From positions 2,538-42,537 of the forward strand of contig NZ_DATFAO010000091.1 of the NCBI RefSeq assembly GCF_035254505.1: a DNA stretch of 40,000 nucleotides, read 5' to 3'. The position numbers were made by a program, and so were the translations under genes. Shown in pieces: positions 24,750-34,695 of the stretch (within the stretch, counting starts at the first letter, position 1; each line of letters starts with the position of its first letter). This DNA comes from Aromatoleum sp. GTDB lineage: Bacteria > Pseudomonadota > Gammaproteobacteria > Burkholderiales > Rhodocyclaceae. The notes beneath the pieces were generated by a model. It was given only the letters and a program-made list of their open reading frames with translations, searched no databases and had not been told where the DNA came from.

Positions 24750-24794
24750 TTGTGGCTCCAGTTGTCACCGGTTCGATCCCGGTATGTCGCCCCA
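24750..24794 (+). repeat. attR-like core: displaced 3' half of tRNA-His, not a functional tRNA
   Basis: 45/45 identical to 757-801. Identity stops at 24749 (c here, a in the tRNA). The upstream sequence cannot form D-arm or acceptor 5' strands. Confidence 0.85.
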
Positions 24795-24807
24795 AGCTAC
24801 AGCAAAA

Positions 24808-24836
24808 ACAGGCGCCTTCAGGCGCCTGTTTTGTTT
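24808..24836 (+). terminator. Rho-independent terminator; the original tRNA-His copy 2 terminator, displaced by the island
   Basis: acaggcgcc-ttca-ggcgcctgt followed by tttgttt. The flank from 24795 resembles the flank after tRNA-His copy 1 (649-690). Confidence 0.6.
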
Positions 24837-25078
24837 CGCCCCTATTTCAATATCGGCTTTCGTTCAGAGCGAAGTTGCGCCCTCCAACTGTGTTTTGCGT
24901 CCCGTGCCGTATGTCCGGCTTAATGTTGTCCCGCGGAAGCGCTGGCGCTATTCTCCTTATTGATTGTTGAGTGCGGGCTCCCCGGCGGAGTTCGGCTTTC
25001 GAAAACACACGCGCGGCTGACGGACTGCATGTCGTAATTTGATGTGCTGCGGTCCGCGTGCCAAATGGATGGCAAATT

Positions 25079-25396
25079 ATGTCGGACGCTTCTGGCGCTA
25101 TTGATCTAGACCAAATCAGGGAATTGCTGCGGCAGGTTATTGATCCGGAGGTCGGCATCAATATCGTTGACCTGGGGTTGATATACGGCCTTGAATTCGC
25201 TGACGACGAATTGCTCATTCGTCTGACCATGACATCCCCGGCCTGCCCTCTCGGCGACGTGATTGTCTCGGATATCGATTCAGTGCTGGACCCTGCTGTG
25301 CCTCAGGACATTCGAATCCGGGTGATGCTGGTCTGGGAGCCGCCCTGGAGTCCGGAGTTGATGACGCCGGAAGCGCGCAAACATTTTGGATGGTGA
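25079..25396 (+). CDS. DUF59 / MIP18-family (SufT-like) metal-sulfur cluster assembly protein
   Basis: IRELLRQVIDPEVGINIVDLGLIYGLEF...TMTSPACPLGD is the DUF59 signature. GTG 25058 is an alternative start. Confidence 0.8.
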   Translation: MSDASGAIDLDQIRELLRQVIDPEVGINIVDLGLIYGLEFADDELLIRLTMTSPACPLGDVIVSDIDSVLDPAVPQDIRIRVMLVWEPPWSPELMTPEARKHFGW

Positions 25397-25421
25397 GTCG
25401 GTTCGGTCCGCGACTTCATAT

Positions 25422-26534
25422 ATGCGTAGCCGACTGATACTTCTTTTGCCGGCCGTGATGATCCTGATCGCGGCTGTGATGGCTGGTATCGCTCGCCTCG
25501 GCGTTCCGACGCCGCTGCAGGCGTCCATTCTCGCAGCGGTGCACGGGCCGCTGATGGTGTGCGCCTTCTTCGGCACCGTTATCAGCCTGGAGCGCGCCGT
25601 CGCCCTTGGCGGCGCCTGGGTTTATCTCGCGCCGGCGGCCTGTGCCTTGGGTGGCGTCGCGCTGGTGGTAGGATTGCCTCCGGAGGCGGCTGCGCTCTTG
25701 TTTGTCTGCGGTAGTGCTGTTCTCGTTGCCGCGAGTATTGAGGTGATACGGCGTCATCTGGCGGCTCATACGGTGACGTTGCTCCTGGCCGCACTGTGTT
25801 GGCTCGTGGGGAACCTTGTGTGGGCATTCCGTGCAGAGGGGGCGCTGCCGGTGGCTGCCTGGCTCGGCTTCCTTGTGATCACGATTGCCGGCGAGCGTCT
25901 TGAGTTGACGCGTTTGTTGCCACGGAAGCGTGCGGCGCTGCCTATGTTTCTTCTTGCGGTCGGCGTCGTTTCGGCCGGGTGCCTGATGTCGTTCCATATG
26001 CCGGACGTCGGAAATCGGGTCTTCGGTCTTGGCCTGCTGTTGCTTGCCTTGTGGCTCGCACGGTACGACATTGCGCGTCACAACGTCAGGCAGAGCGGCC
26101 TTACGCGCTTCATTGCGGTCTGCCTGCTGTCAGGCTATGGCTGGCTGGCCTTTGGCGGTGTTCTGGCGGCATTGGGCGGCTTGGAGGTGGGCGTGCCATG
26201 GCGTGACGCGGCGCTGCACGCGGTAGGGCTTGGGTTCGTGGTCGCGATGGTGTTCGGCCATGCGCCAATCATCCTGCCGGCCGTCGCGCGCGTGCGCATC
26301 GCCTATCATCCCGCGATGTATTTTCCGCTAGTGCTTCTGCACCTATCGTTGGCACTGCGGGTCGCGTCATTTGCACCGGCGCTGCATGGGCTTCATGCCG
26401 CGTCCGGCGTCGCGAATGCAATCGCTCTCGCTGTTTTCGGGATAGTGATCGGCAGTCGCGTTTCCCGCGCGGGGGGACATCCACGGCAATCCCCCATCCG
26501 GAGGCAAAACGCCGGGCCCGGCCGATCCGAATGA
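25422..26534 (+). CDS. Polytopic inner-membrane protein, function unknown
   Basis: About 10-12 hydrophobic segments, with several intramembrane His (AAVHGPL, ALHAVG, FGHAPI, LLHLS). No family recognised. ATG 25422 preferred over the ORF-track start 25386. Confidence 0.65.
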   Translation: MRSRLILLLPAVMILIAAVMAGIARLGVPTPLQASILAAVHGPLMVCAFFGTVISLERAVALGGAWVYLAPAACALGGVALVVGLPPEAAALLFVCGSAVLVAASIEVIRRHLAAHTVTLLLAALCWLVGNLVWAFRAEGALPVAAWLGFLVITIAGERLELTRLLPRKRAALPMFLLAVGVVSAGCLMSFHMPDVGNRVFGLGLLLLALWLARYDIARHNVRQSGLTRFIAVCLLSGYGWLAFGGVLAALGGLEVGVPWRDAALHAVGLGFVVAMVFGHAPIILPAVARVRIAYHPAMYFPLVLLHLSLALRVASFAPALHGLHAASGVANAIALAVFGIVIGSRVSRAGGHPRQSPIRRQNAGPGRSE

Positions 26535-26634
26535 CCGCTTGCTGATGCAGGAGAGATCTCTCTGCCTCGGCGGGAGGGGCGGTGCGACGATAGCGCTGCT
26601 AAAATGCCCGGCCCCAACATACTTCGGCTAGACA

Positions 26635-27141
26635 ATGAAACGTATTGAATCTGCCTTCGAGCATGCGCTGTTTGCCAGCCGATGGCTGATGGCGCCTGTG
26701 TATATGGGCCTTGTCCTGGCGCTTGTTGTGCTGCTCGTGAAGTTCGGCAAGGAGATCTATCACCTGTTCGCCAACATCATGGAAGCGACGGGCGGCGAAA
26801 TGATCATCGGCGTGCTGTCGCTGGTGGATATCGCACTGATCATGAGTCTATTGGTGATCATCATGTTCAGCGGCTATGAGAACTTCGTGTCGAAGATGGA
26901 GGATCTGCATTCGCATGCAGACCGTCCCGAATGGATGGGACACATCGGCTTTTCCGACCTGAAAATCAAGCTTATCGGCTCGATCGTAGCGATCTCCGGT
27001 ATTGAATTGCTGAAGGCCTTCATGAACGTCGGAAATCTGCCCGACCGCCACCTTGCGTGGATGGTCGGTATTCATTTGACGTTTGTCGTTTCCGGTCTGC
27101 TCTATGCATTGATGGACCGCCTTCACGGCAAAGGGCACTGA
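26635..27141 (+). CDS. yqhA: YqhA-family (UPF0114) membrane protein
   Basis: MKRIESAFEHALFASRWLMAPVYMGLVLALVVL... matches UPF0114/YqhA. Confidence 0.85.
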   Translation: MKRIESAFEHALFASRWLMAPVYMGLVLALVVLLVKFGKEIYHLFANIMEATGGEMIIGVLSLVDIALIMSLLVIIMFSGYENFVSKMEDLHSHADRPEWMGHIGFSDLKIKLIGSIVAISGIELLKAFMNVGNLPDRHLAWMVGIHLTFVVSGLLYALMDRLHGKGH

Positions 27142-27144
27142 CTG

Positions 27145-29724
27145 CTAGAGCTGGAGTCGCTCGAGGAGTTCTCGCTCGATCTGCAGGACGCGTGAATCGA
27201 TCGAGAGCGCTTGGCCGCTGACCAGGAAGGTGTCTTCGACTCGCTCGCCGAGGGTCGCGATCTTTGCCGTGTAAAGCCGGATTTCATGCTGGGCCAGGAC
27301 TTCGGCCACCGAAAACAGCAGCCCGGGGCGGTCCGCAGCGACCAGCGACAGTATATGGTGCTTGCCTGAATCGTCGGGCTGGATGCTGATCTGTGGGGTG
27401 ATCGGAAAGTGCTTCACCTGGCGCGAGAGGCGACCGGTCGCGGGTCGATCGGGCGCAGCAGGTTTCGTCAGACGCTCCGCGAGGTCGTGCTCGATGAGCG
27501 TGATCATGTCGCGGTAATGCAAGTCGTTACCAGGATCTTGCAGGACGAAGCTGTCGAGCGCATAGCCGTGACGGGTCGTGTGCACTTTCGCGTCCAGGAT
27601 CGAGAACCCCAGTCGCCCGAAGAAGCCGGTCAGTCGCACGAACAGATCCTTCTGGTCGCGCGTGAAGACCATGACCTGGACGCCCTGGTTTTCTTCAGGG
27701 ACCCGCGCCTTGACGACCGGTTCGTCGGCATCGGGGCGAAAATAGAGCATCCGCGAATGCCAGGCGATTTCCTCGGCCGAATGGCGCATGAAATAGACGG
27801 CATCTAGCTGCTTCCAGAACGCGTCCTCCATTCCTGGGCGCAGTCCGTAATAGCGGAGCAGGGCGCGGGCATTTTCCTGTCGGTCGTCCAGTCCGAGAGC
27901 TTGCTGCGGCGTCGCGCCGCGTAGCAGTTTCTGTGTGGCGAAGAACAGATCCTCGAGCAGCTTTCCCTTCCAGCCATTCCAGACTTTCGGGCTGGTTCCA
28001 CGGATGTCGGCGTGGGTGAGGAGGTAGAGCGCAACAAGGCGACGCTCCTCGCCGACCGTGTCGGCAAACCGGCGAATCACCTCCGGGTCCGACGTGTCCT
28101 CCTTCTGAGCGACATGCGACATCGTAAGGTGGTGTTCGACCAGCCATACGACAAGATCGGCGTCCTTCTGCGAAAGGTTGTGCGTTTCGCAGAATTCGCG
28201 CGCCTCGACCATTCCGAGCTTCGAATGATCACCGCCTCGTCCCTTCGCGACATCGTGGTATAGCGCAGCGATGTAGAGCAGCCAAGCCCGCTCGAAGCCG
28301 AGAATCAGGCGCGTCATCAACGGGTATTCGTGTGCATGTTCGCCCATCGTGAATCGCCGGACGTTGCGCAGCACCATCATGATGTGCTGATCCACCGTGT
28401 AGACGTGGAACAGGTCGTGCTGCATCTGGCCGACGATCCTGCGCCACGGCGGGAGGTAGCCACTCAGGATGCCATATTGATTCATGCGCCGAAATTCGTG
28501 CACGATGCCGCGGCGTTGCTGCAGCAGTTCTAGGAACAGGGCCTGGTTTTTCGGGTCGGCGCGGAAGCTCGCGTTGATGCGTTTACGATTCAGCCACAGC
28601 GCGCGTAAGGTGCGCGCCGTCATGCCTTTCAGTTCCGAGCGCTGCTGCAGCAGGAGAAAACACTCCAGCAGGGCCGAAGGGTGGTTCTCGAAAGTGTCTT
28701 CCGTGCGCATGTCCAGCAGTTCGCGTACTGCCTGGAAGCGTTCGTTGATGACTATGGCCGGCCCGCCACGGTTCGGGAAGATCTCGGCGCCGTAGTTTTG
28801 CAACAGGATCGTGTTGGTCTGCGTGATCTTCTTCGCGTTCACGTAGTAGCGCTGCATGAACACTTCGGAGGCGCGCTTGCCGGCCGTGGCCTCCACACCG
28901 AAGGCGCGCGCGAGCTTCTCCTGATGGTCGAACAGGAGCCGATCCTCGGCGCGTCCCGCCAAGTAGTGCAATCGGATGCGGACGTGTTGGAGGAAGCGTT
29001 CGATGCTGCGCAGATCCGTCGCCTCGGCACCCGTGATCAGGCGTCGCCGGGCGAGGTCGCGCCAATTGCGTCCCAGACCCGCGGCGCGGGCAATCCATCC
29101 GAGCATTTGCAGATCCCGCATGCCGCCCGGGCTTTCCTTGCAGTTCGGCTCTAGCGCGTATGGCGTGTCGTTGAAGCGTGCGTAGCGATTTTCCTGTTCG
29201 AGTTGCTTGGCCTTGAAGAAGGCGCGCACGTCGAGTCGCTCGCGGTATTCGTTTGCGAACCGATCGAACAACGTTCGATTGCCGGCGAGGAGGCGAGCTT
29301 CGAGGAGGTTTGTCTGAACCGTGATGTCTTGGTCTGCGGCGGCGAGGCATTCTTCGATCGTACGCACGCTTTGACCGATTTCCAGTCCAACGTCCCACAG
29401 CGCGCCGATTAGGGTGGAAAGGCTGGCCTGGAGCGCGCTGTCGGGTTCGGATGGAAGGAGGACCAGGAGGTCAACGTCTGAATGAGGGAAAAGCTCGCCG
29501 CGCCCATAACCCCCGACCGCGACAAGTGCAGCATCGGCAGGTATTCCGCAAATGCGCCAGAGGTGCAGGACGGCTTCATCGACGAGGTGCGCTCTGCCGC
29601 GCAAGACTGCCGTGGTGGCCGGATGCACCTCATAGGCGGCGCGGATGCGCGCACCGCCGGCGGCGAGGGACCCGCGTGCGTTCGCAATGGCCGCCTGGAT
29701 TGCGTCGATCGATATTACGCTCAT
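27145..29724 (-). CDS. glnD: Bifunctional [protein-PII] uridylyltransferase/uridylyl-removing enzyme
   Basis: 859 aa with a nucleotidyltransferase domain (GGYGRGELFPHSDVDLLVL), an HD domain (YHDVAKGRGGDH) and two C-terminal ACT domains. Confidence 0.95.
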   Translation of the reverse strand: MSVISIDAIQAAIANARGSLAAGGARIRAAYEVHPATTAVLRGRAHLVDEAVLHLWRICGIPADAALVAVGGYGRGELFPHSDVDLLVLLPSEPDSALQASLSTLIGALWDVGLEIGQSVRTIEECLAAADQDITVQTNLLEARLLAGNRTLFDRFANEYRERLDVRAFFKAKQLEQENRYARFNDTPYALEPNCKESPGGMRDLQMLGWIARAAGLGRNWRDLARRRLITGAEATDLRSIERFLQHVRIRLHYLAGRAEDRLLFDHQEKLARAFGVEATAGKRASEVFMQRYYVNAKKITQTNTILLQNYGAEIFPNRGGPAIVINERFQAVRELLDMRTEDTFENHPSALLECFLLLQQRSELKGMTARTLRALWLNRKRINASFRADPKNQALFLELLQQRRGIVHEFRRMNQYGILSGYLPPWRRIVGQMQHDLFHVYTVDQHIMMVLRNVRRFTMGEHAHEYPLMTRLILGFERAWLLYIAALYHDVAKGRGGDHSKLGMVEAREFCETHNLSQKDADLVVWLVEHHLTMSHVAQKEDTSDPEVIRRFADTVGEERRLVALYLLTHADIRGTSPKVWNGWKGKLLEDLFFATQKLLRGATPQQALGLDDRQENARALLRYYGLRPGMEDAFWKQLDAVYFMRHSAEEIAWHSRMLYFRPDADEPVVKARVPEENQGVQVMVFTRDQKDLFVRLTGFFGRLGFSILDAKVHTTRHGYALDSFVLQDPGNDLHYRDMITLIEHDLAERLTKPAAPDRPATGRLSRQVKHFPITPQISIQPDDSGKHHILSLVAADRPGLLFSVAEVLAQHEIRLYTAKIATLGERVEDTFLVSGQALSIDSRVLQIERELLERLQL

Positions 29725-29742
29725 CCCGTTCTTGGCTTCCGC

Positions 29743-30555
29743 TCAGGAAAGAAGTGGGGCAACGAGTGCCGGTGGAGGAGGGCAGTCGGGTGAGACCGTG
29801 AGGACCTCGAAACCTGTCGGCGTAATGAGGATCGTGTGTTCCCATTGGGCCGACAGGCTGCGATCCTTGGTCACTATGGTCCAGCCGTCCGGCAGTTCGG
29901 AGATGGCCGCCTTGCCCGCGTTGATCATCGGTTCGATGGTAAAGGTCATGCCGGGAAGCAATTCGGGCCCGGTTCCAGCTTTGCCGTAGTGCAGGACTTG
30001 GGGCTCCTCATGGAATTTGAGTCCGATTCCGTGACCGCAGAACTCCCTTACAACCGAAAAACCACTGTCTTCGGCATGCTTCTGGATGATCTGGCCGATG
30101 TCGCCAAGTCGTGCGCCCGGCTTGACGACGGAAATGCCCAGCCACAGACACTCAAGGGTCACTTGGCAAAGGCGCCTGGCCAGGATACTTCCATCTCCTA
30201 CGATGAACATGCGACTGGTATCGCCATGGTATCCGTCCTTGATGACGGTGATGTCGAGGTTGACGATATCGCCCTTCTTGAGTGCCTTCGGGCCCGGTAC
30301 GCCGTGGCACACTTGATGGTTGATCGAAGTGCAGATCGACTTGGGATAGGGCGGATAGCCGGGGGGGGCGTAGTTCAGCGGAGCGGGAATGGTCTGTTGG
30401 ACGTTGACCATATACTCATGACATAGCTGATCCAGCTCGCCGGTTGTCACGCCGGGTTTGACGAAGGGGGCGATGTAGTCGAGAACTTCGGCGGCGAGTC
30501 GGCCGGCGACGCGCATTTTCTCGATTTCGTCGGGTGTTTTTATCGTGATGCTCAT
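29743..30555 (-). CDS. map: Type I methionine aminopeptidase
   Basis: Pita-bread fold metal ligands (DIVNLDITV, GYHGD, GHGIG, TIEP, EHT). Confidence 0.95.
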   Translation of the reverse strand: MSITIKTPDEIEKMRVAGRLAAEVLDYIAPFVKPGVTTGELDQLCHEYMVNVQQTIPAPLNYAPPGYPPYPKSICTSINHQVCHGVPGPKALKKGDIVNLDITVIKDGYHGDTSRMFIVGDGSILARRLCQVTLECLWLGISVVKPGARLGDIGQIIQKHAEDSGFSVVREFCGHGIGLKFHEEPQVLHYGKAGTGPELLPGMTFTIEPMINAGKAAISELPDGWTIVTKDRSLSAQWEHTILITPTGFEVLTVSPDCPPPPALVAPLLS

Positions 30556-30662
30556 TTGTCGGGGGTCCGAAGCTAATTCGCTAAAGGAGGAAGGCTAGCG
30601 CATGGAGCGGGTCGCAGCAAATTGCCCGCGTCGGCCTGAGGAGGTCCGCTTGTATGCTCGCC

Positions 30663-30692
30663 TTGAGTGGGTGGGGTTGAAGCTGTTATCAT
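30663..30692 (+). promoter_or_regulatory. Candidate rpsB promoter: TTGAGT, 18-nt spacer, TATCAT
   Basis: Hexamers read from the sequence. This would leave a leader of about 150 nt before rpsB. Confidence 0.35.
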
Positions 30693-30845
30693 CTCGGGCT
30701 TGTCCGCCTTTGCGTGCGGGCAAAATCCCCACGCCCGGCAGTGCGCCGAAAGGGTCCGCTGTCCGGCTCAATGCCTGATGGCGGTGGTGACGGTCAAACG
30801 CCGTCGTGCCGGGCGGAGGTTCAACCCTTTGATTTGGAGTAACAC

Positions 30846-31601
30846 ATGTCCGTCACGATGCGCCAGATGCTGGAAGCTGGCATCCACTTTGGTCACCAAA
30901 CCCGCTTCTGGAACCCGCGCATGGCCCCGTATATCTTCGGCCAGCGCAACAAGATCCACATCGTCAACCTCGAGAAGACGCTTGCCAAGTACAACGAGGC
31001 AATGGATTACATCCGCAAGCTTTCCGCCAATCGCGGCAATGTGCTGATGGTCGGCACGAAGCGTCAGTCGCGTGAAATCGTTGCGGAAGAAGCTCGCCGT
31101 GCAGGTGTTCCGTTCGTTGACGAGCGCTGGCTGGGCGGCATGCTGACCAACTTCAAGACGGTCAAGCAGTCGATCAAGCGCCTGAAGGAAATGGAAGCCA
31201 TGGTCGAAGACGGTTCGATCGAGCGCCTTTCCAAGAAGGAAGCGCTGATGGCGTCGCGCGAAATGGACAAGCTGCAGAAGAGTATCGGCGGCATCAAGGA
31301 TATGGGCGGCCTGCCCGACGCGCTGTTCGTGATCGACGTCGGCTATCACAAGATCGCCGTCACCGAAGCCAAGAAGCTCGGTATTCCGGTCATCGCCGTG
31401 GTCGATACGAACCACTCGCCCGAAGGCGTGGATTACATCATTCCCGGTAACGACGATTCGTCGCGCGCGATCCGTCTCTACGCCCGTGGCGTTGCCGATG
31501 CCGTACTCGAAGGTCGTGCGCTGGCCATGCAGGACATCGTTGCCGGCGGCTCCGACGAGTTCGTCGAAGTCGAAGAAGAAGGCGCGGACGATCAGGCCTG
31601 A
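30846..31601 (+). CDS. rpsB: 30S ribosomal protein S2
   Basis: [26 protein letters not shown]... is canonical S2. Confidence 0.97.
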   Translation: MSVTMRQMLEAGIHFGHQTRFWNPRMAPYIFGQRNKIHIVNLEKTLAKYNEAMDYIRKLSANRGNVLMVGTKRQSREIVAEEARRAGVPFVDERWLGGMLTNFKTVKQSIKRLKEMEAMVEDGSIERLSKKEALMASREMDKLQKSIGGIKDMGGLPDALFVIDVGYHKIAVTEAKKLGIPVIAVVDTNHSPEGVDYIIPGNDDSSRAIRLYARGVADAVLEGRALAMQDIVAGGSDEFVEVEEEGADDQA

Positions 31602-31653
31602 GCCTTCCCGGTTGTCGATGACAACGCATTGAATTCGTAATTCAGGAGTTAGC

Positions 31654-32541
31654 ATGGCGGAAATTACCGCAAGCATGGTCAAGGAACTGCGCGAGAAGAC
31701 CGACGCGCCCATGATGGAATGCAAGAAGGCGCTGACTGAAGCTGCCGGCGACCTCGCGAAGGCCGAAGAGATCCTCCGCGTGAAGTTGGGTAACAAGGCG
31801 AGCAAGGCTGCATCGCGCGTGACGGCTGAAGGCATCGTCTCGACCTACCTGTCCGCGGACCGCAAGCTCGCCGCGATGGTGGAAGTGAACTGCGAAACCG
31901 ACTTCGTCGCCAAGAACGATGACTTCCTCGCGTTCGCCGCCTCGGTCGCCGAGCTCGTCGCGAAGAACAATCCAGCCGACGTGGGCGCGGTGGCGGCGCT
32001 CGATCTGAACGGCCAGTCCGTCGAGGCCGTCCGTACGGCGCTCGTTGGCAAGATCGGCGAGAACATCACCGTTCGTCGTTTCACTCGCGTCGATGCCAAG
32101 GGCGCCGTCGCCAACTACATTCACGGTGGCGCCAAGATTGGCGTGCTGGTGGATCTCGTCGGTGGCGACGAAGCGCTGGGCAAGGACATCGCGATGCACG
32201 TCGCTGCTGCCAAGCCCAAGGCACTGACCGCCGCTGAAGTTTCGTCCGAGCTGATCGACACCGAGCGTCGGATCGCGATCGAGAAGGCGCGCGAAGCTGG
32301 CAAGCCCGACGCGATGCTCGAGAAGATCGCGGAAGGCAGCGTGCAGAAGTTCCTGAAGGAAGTCACGCTGCTGAGCCAGCCGTTCGTCAAGGACGACAAG
32401 CTCACCATCGAAGCGCTGGCCAAGTCGCGCAATGCTTCCGTCGCAGGCTTCACGCTCTATCTGGTTGGCGAAGGCATCGAGAAGAAGGTGAACGACTTCG
32501 CCGCCGAAGTTGCCGCGCAAGCTGCTGCTGCAAAGAAGTAA
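31654..32541 (+). CDS. tsf: Translation elongation factor Ts
   Basis: [27 protein letters not shown]... is canonical EF-Ts. Confidence 0.97.
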   Translation: MAEITASMVKELREKTDAPMMECKKALTEAAGDLAKAEEILRVKLGNKASKAASRVTAEGIVSTYLSADRKLAAMVEVNCETDFVAKNDDFLAFAASVAELVAKNNPADVGAVAALDLNGQSVEAVRTALVGKIGENITVRRFTRVDAKGAVANYIHGGAKIGVLVDLVGGDEALGKDIAMHVAAAKPKALTAAEVSSELIDTERRIAIEKAREAGKPDAMLEKIAEGSVQKFLKEVTLLSQPFVKDDKLTIEALAKSRNASVAGFTLYLVGEGIEKKVNDFAAEVAAQAAAAKK

Positions 32542-32551
32542 GAGGTAAGCG

Positions 32552-33268
32552 ATGAGTGTTGCCGCCTATAAGCGAATCATGTTGAAACTGTCCGGCGAAG
32601 CCCTGATGGGTGACGACGCGTACGGAATCAACGAGGACGTCGTCGGTCGCATCGTCGCCGAAATCGCCGAGGTGCAAAGTCTCGGTGTGCAGGTGGGAGT
32701 CGTGATCGGGGGCGGCAACATTTTTCGCGGGATGAAGGGCGCCGCATCGGGCATGGATCGTGCAACGGCCGATTACATGGGGATGCTGGCGACCGTCATG
32801 AATGCCATGGCGCTCGCCGATGCGCTGCGTCGCGCTGGAGTCGAAGCGCGAGTGCAGTCTGCTCTGCGGATAGACCAAGTCGTCGAGCCCTATATTCGCG
32901 GGCGCGCCATACGGCATCTTGAAGAAGGCCGTGTTGTAATTTTCGCGGCGGGTACCGGTAATCCGTTCTTTACGACCGACACCGCGGCGGCGTTGCGCGG
33001 TTCGGAAATGGCCGCACAGATCGTCCTGAAGGCGACCAAGGTCGACGGCGTTTATACGGCCGACCCGAAAAAGGACCCGGACGCAAAGCGGTACCACCGA
33101 ATCAGTTTCGACGAAGCAATCGGGCGCAACCTGGAGGTCATGGATACGACCGCGTTCGCCCTGTGCAGGGATCAGAAGCTACCGATCAACGTGTTCTCGA
33201 TCTTCAAGTCGGGGGCACTCAAGCGTGTCGTGCTTGGTCAGGACGAAGGCACGCTGGTTCATTCCTGA
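32552..33268 (+). CDS. pyrH: UMP kinase
   Basis: [15 protein letters not shown]...GGGNIFRG... Confidence 0.97.
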   Translation: MSVAAYKRIMLKLSGEALMGDDAYGINEDVVGRIVAEIAEVQSLGVQVGVVIGGGNIFRGMKGAASGMDRATADYMGMLATVMNAMALADALRRAGVEARVQSALRIDQVVEPYIRGRAIRHLEEGRVVIFAAGTGNPFFTTDTAAALRGSEMAAQIVLKATKVDGVYTADPKKDPDAKRYHRISFDEAIGRNLEVMDTTAFALCRDQKLPINVFSIFKSGALKRVVLGQDEGTLVHS

Positions 33269-33275
33269 GGGCTCG

Positions 33276-33836
33276 ATGATGATTGCCGAACTCAAGAAAG
33301 CGATCGAGCAGAAGATGCAGAAGTCGATCGATGTGCTCAAGACGGACTTGGCCAAGGTCCGTACCGGACGAGCCCATACCGGTCTGCTCGATCACGTGAT
33401 GGTGGAATACTATGGCAGTATGGTGCCGATCAATCAGGTCGCGAACGTGACGCTGGCAGACGCCCGCACGATCGGCGTCCAGGCGTGGGAAAAGCCCATG
33501 CTGGCGAAGATCGAGAAGGCGATTCGCGAAAGCGATCTGGGCCTGAACCCGTCGAACATGGGTGAAATGCTTCGCGTGCCTATGCCGGCGCTGACCGAGG
33601 AGCGTCGCCGCGACCTGACGAAGGTTGTCCGCCACGAAGGCGAGACCGCGAAGGTTGCCGTGCGGAACCTGCGCCGCGATGCAAACCAGCAGCTCAAGGA
33701 TGCCGTAAAGGACAAGACGATCTCCGAAGACGACGAGCGCCGGGCGCAAGACGACGTTCAGAAGCTGACCGACAAGTACATCGGTGAGGTCGACAAGCTG
33801 CTCGCCCAGAAAGAACAGGAACTGATGCAGATTTGA
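33276..33836 (+). CDS. frr: Ribosome recycling factor
   Basis: [38 protein letters not shown]... ATG 33279 is equally possible. Confidence 0.95.
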   Translation: MMIAELKKAIEQKMQKSIDVLKTDLAKVRTGRAHTGLLDHVMVEYYGSMVPINQVANVTLADARTIGVQAWEKPMLAKIEKAIRESDLGLNPSNMGEMLRVPMPALTEERRRDLTKVVRHEGETAKVAVRNLRRDANQQLKDAVKDKTISEDDERRAQDDVQKLTDKYIGEVDKLLAQKEQELMQI

Positions 33837-33885
33837 TCCCGTCGGGATCGATTTGCATTACCGGACGGCACGCGGGGAGCGCGGA

Positions 33886-34695
33886 ATGGCGAGGTCACCT
33901 TTTACCAGTTCTACGCGTGACGTGCCGGTCGTTTCGGCAGTACCGCGGCATATCGCCATTATCATGGATGGTAACGGCCGCTGGGCACGAAAGCGCTTCC
34001 TGCCTCGGGTCGCCGGGCACGGACGTGGCGTGGAGGCTTTGCGCAGCACGATCCGCGGTTGCATTGAACGCGGAGTGTCCTATCTGACTCTCTTTGCATT
34101 CAGTTCCGAGAATTGGCGGCGTCCGGCGGATGAAGTGTCGTTCCTGATGCAGCTATTCATGCGTTCGCTGCAGAAGGAGGTCGTTCGATTGCATGAAAAC
34201 GGAATCCGTTTCCGCGTTATCGGCGATCTTTCCCGCTTCGACCCTGCCTTGGTCGAACTGATCCGAAAGGCCGAAGCGCTGACGGCGGGCAATGAAGGGC
34301 TGACCCTGACCGTCGCTGCGAATTACGGCGGCCGCTGGGACATCATGCAGGCGATCAATCGGTTGCTCGCCAAGTACCCGGAGCGCAGGGGCGATTTTAC
34401 AGAGGACGAATTGAGCGGCGAGCTTGCGCTGAATTATGGTCCCGAGCCGGATCTGTTTATCCGCACCGGCGGAGAGCAGCGTATCAGCAACTTCCTCCTT
34501 TGGCAGTTGGCGTATTCAGAACTGTATTTCACGGACACCTTGTGGCCGGATTTCGATGATGACGCCTTGGGGCATGCGATTCAGTCGTATCAGTCGCGCG
34601 AGCGCCGTTTTGGAAGAACCAGCGAGCAATTGCGGGAAACGGAAAAGCGCGTGAGCACTTCGACGGCCGAAGGCGTACCGGGGAATCATGCTTAG
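33886..34695 (+). CDS. uppS: Ditrans,polycis-undecaprenyl-diphosphate synthase
   Basis: [15 protein letters not shown]...[14 protein letters not shown]...[20 protein letters not shown] 33886 with GGGGAG upstream is preferred over TTG 33853. Confidence 0.93.
   Translation: MARSPFTSSTRDVPVVSAVPRHIAIIMDGNGRWARKRFLPRVAGHGRGVEALRSTIRGCIERGVSYLTLFAFSSENWRRPADEVSFLMQLFMRSLQKEVVRLHENGIRFRVIGDLSRFDPALVELIRKAEALTAGNEGLTLTVAANYGGRWDIMQAINRLLAKYPERRGDFTEDELSGELALNYGPEPDLFIRTGGEQRISNFLLWQLAYSELYFTDTLWPDFDDDALGHAIQSYQSRERRFGRTSEQLRETEKRVSTSTAEGVPGNHA

Noticed and set aside
31611-31625. The hairpin GTTGTC-gat-GACAAC after rpsB as a terminator.
   Set aside because: The stem is short with a 3-nt loop and there is no U-tract. 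rpsB and tsf are normally co-transcribed.
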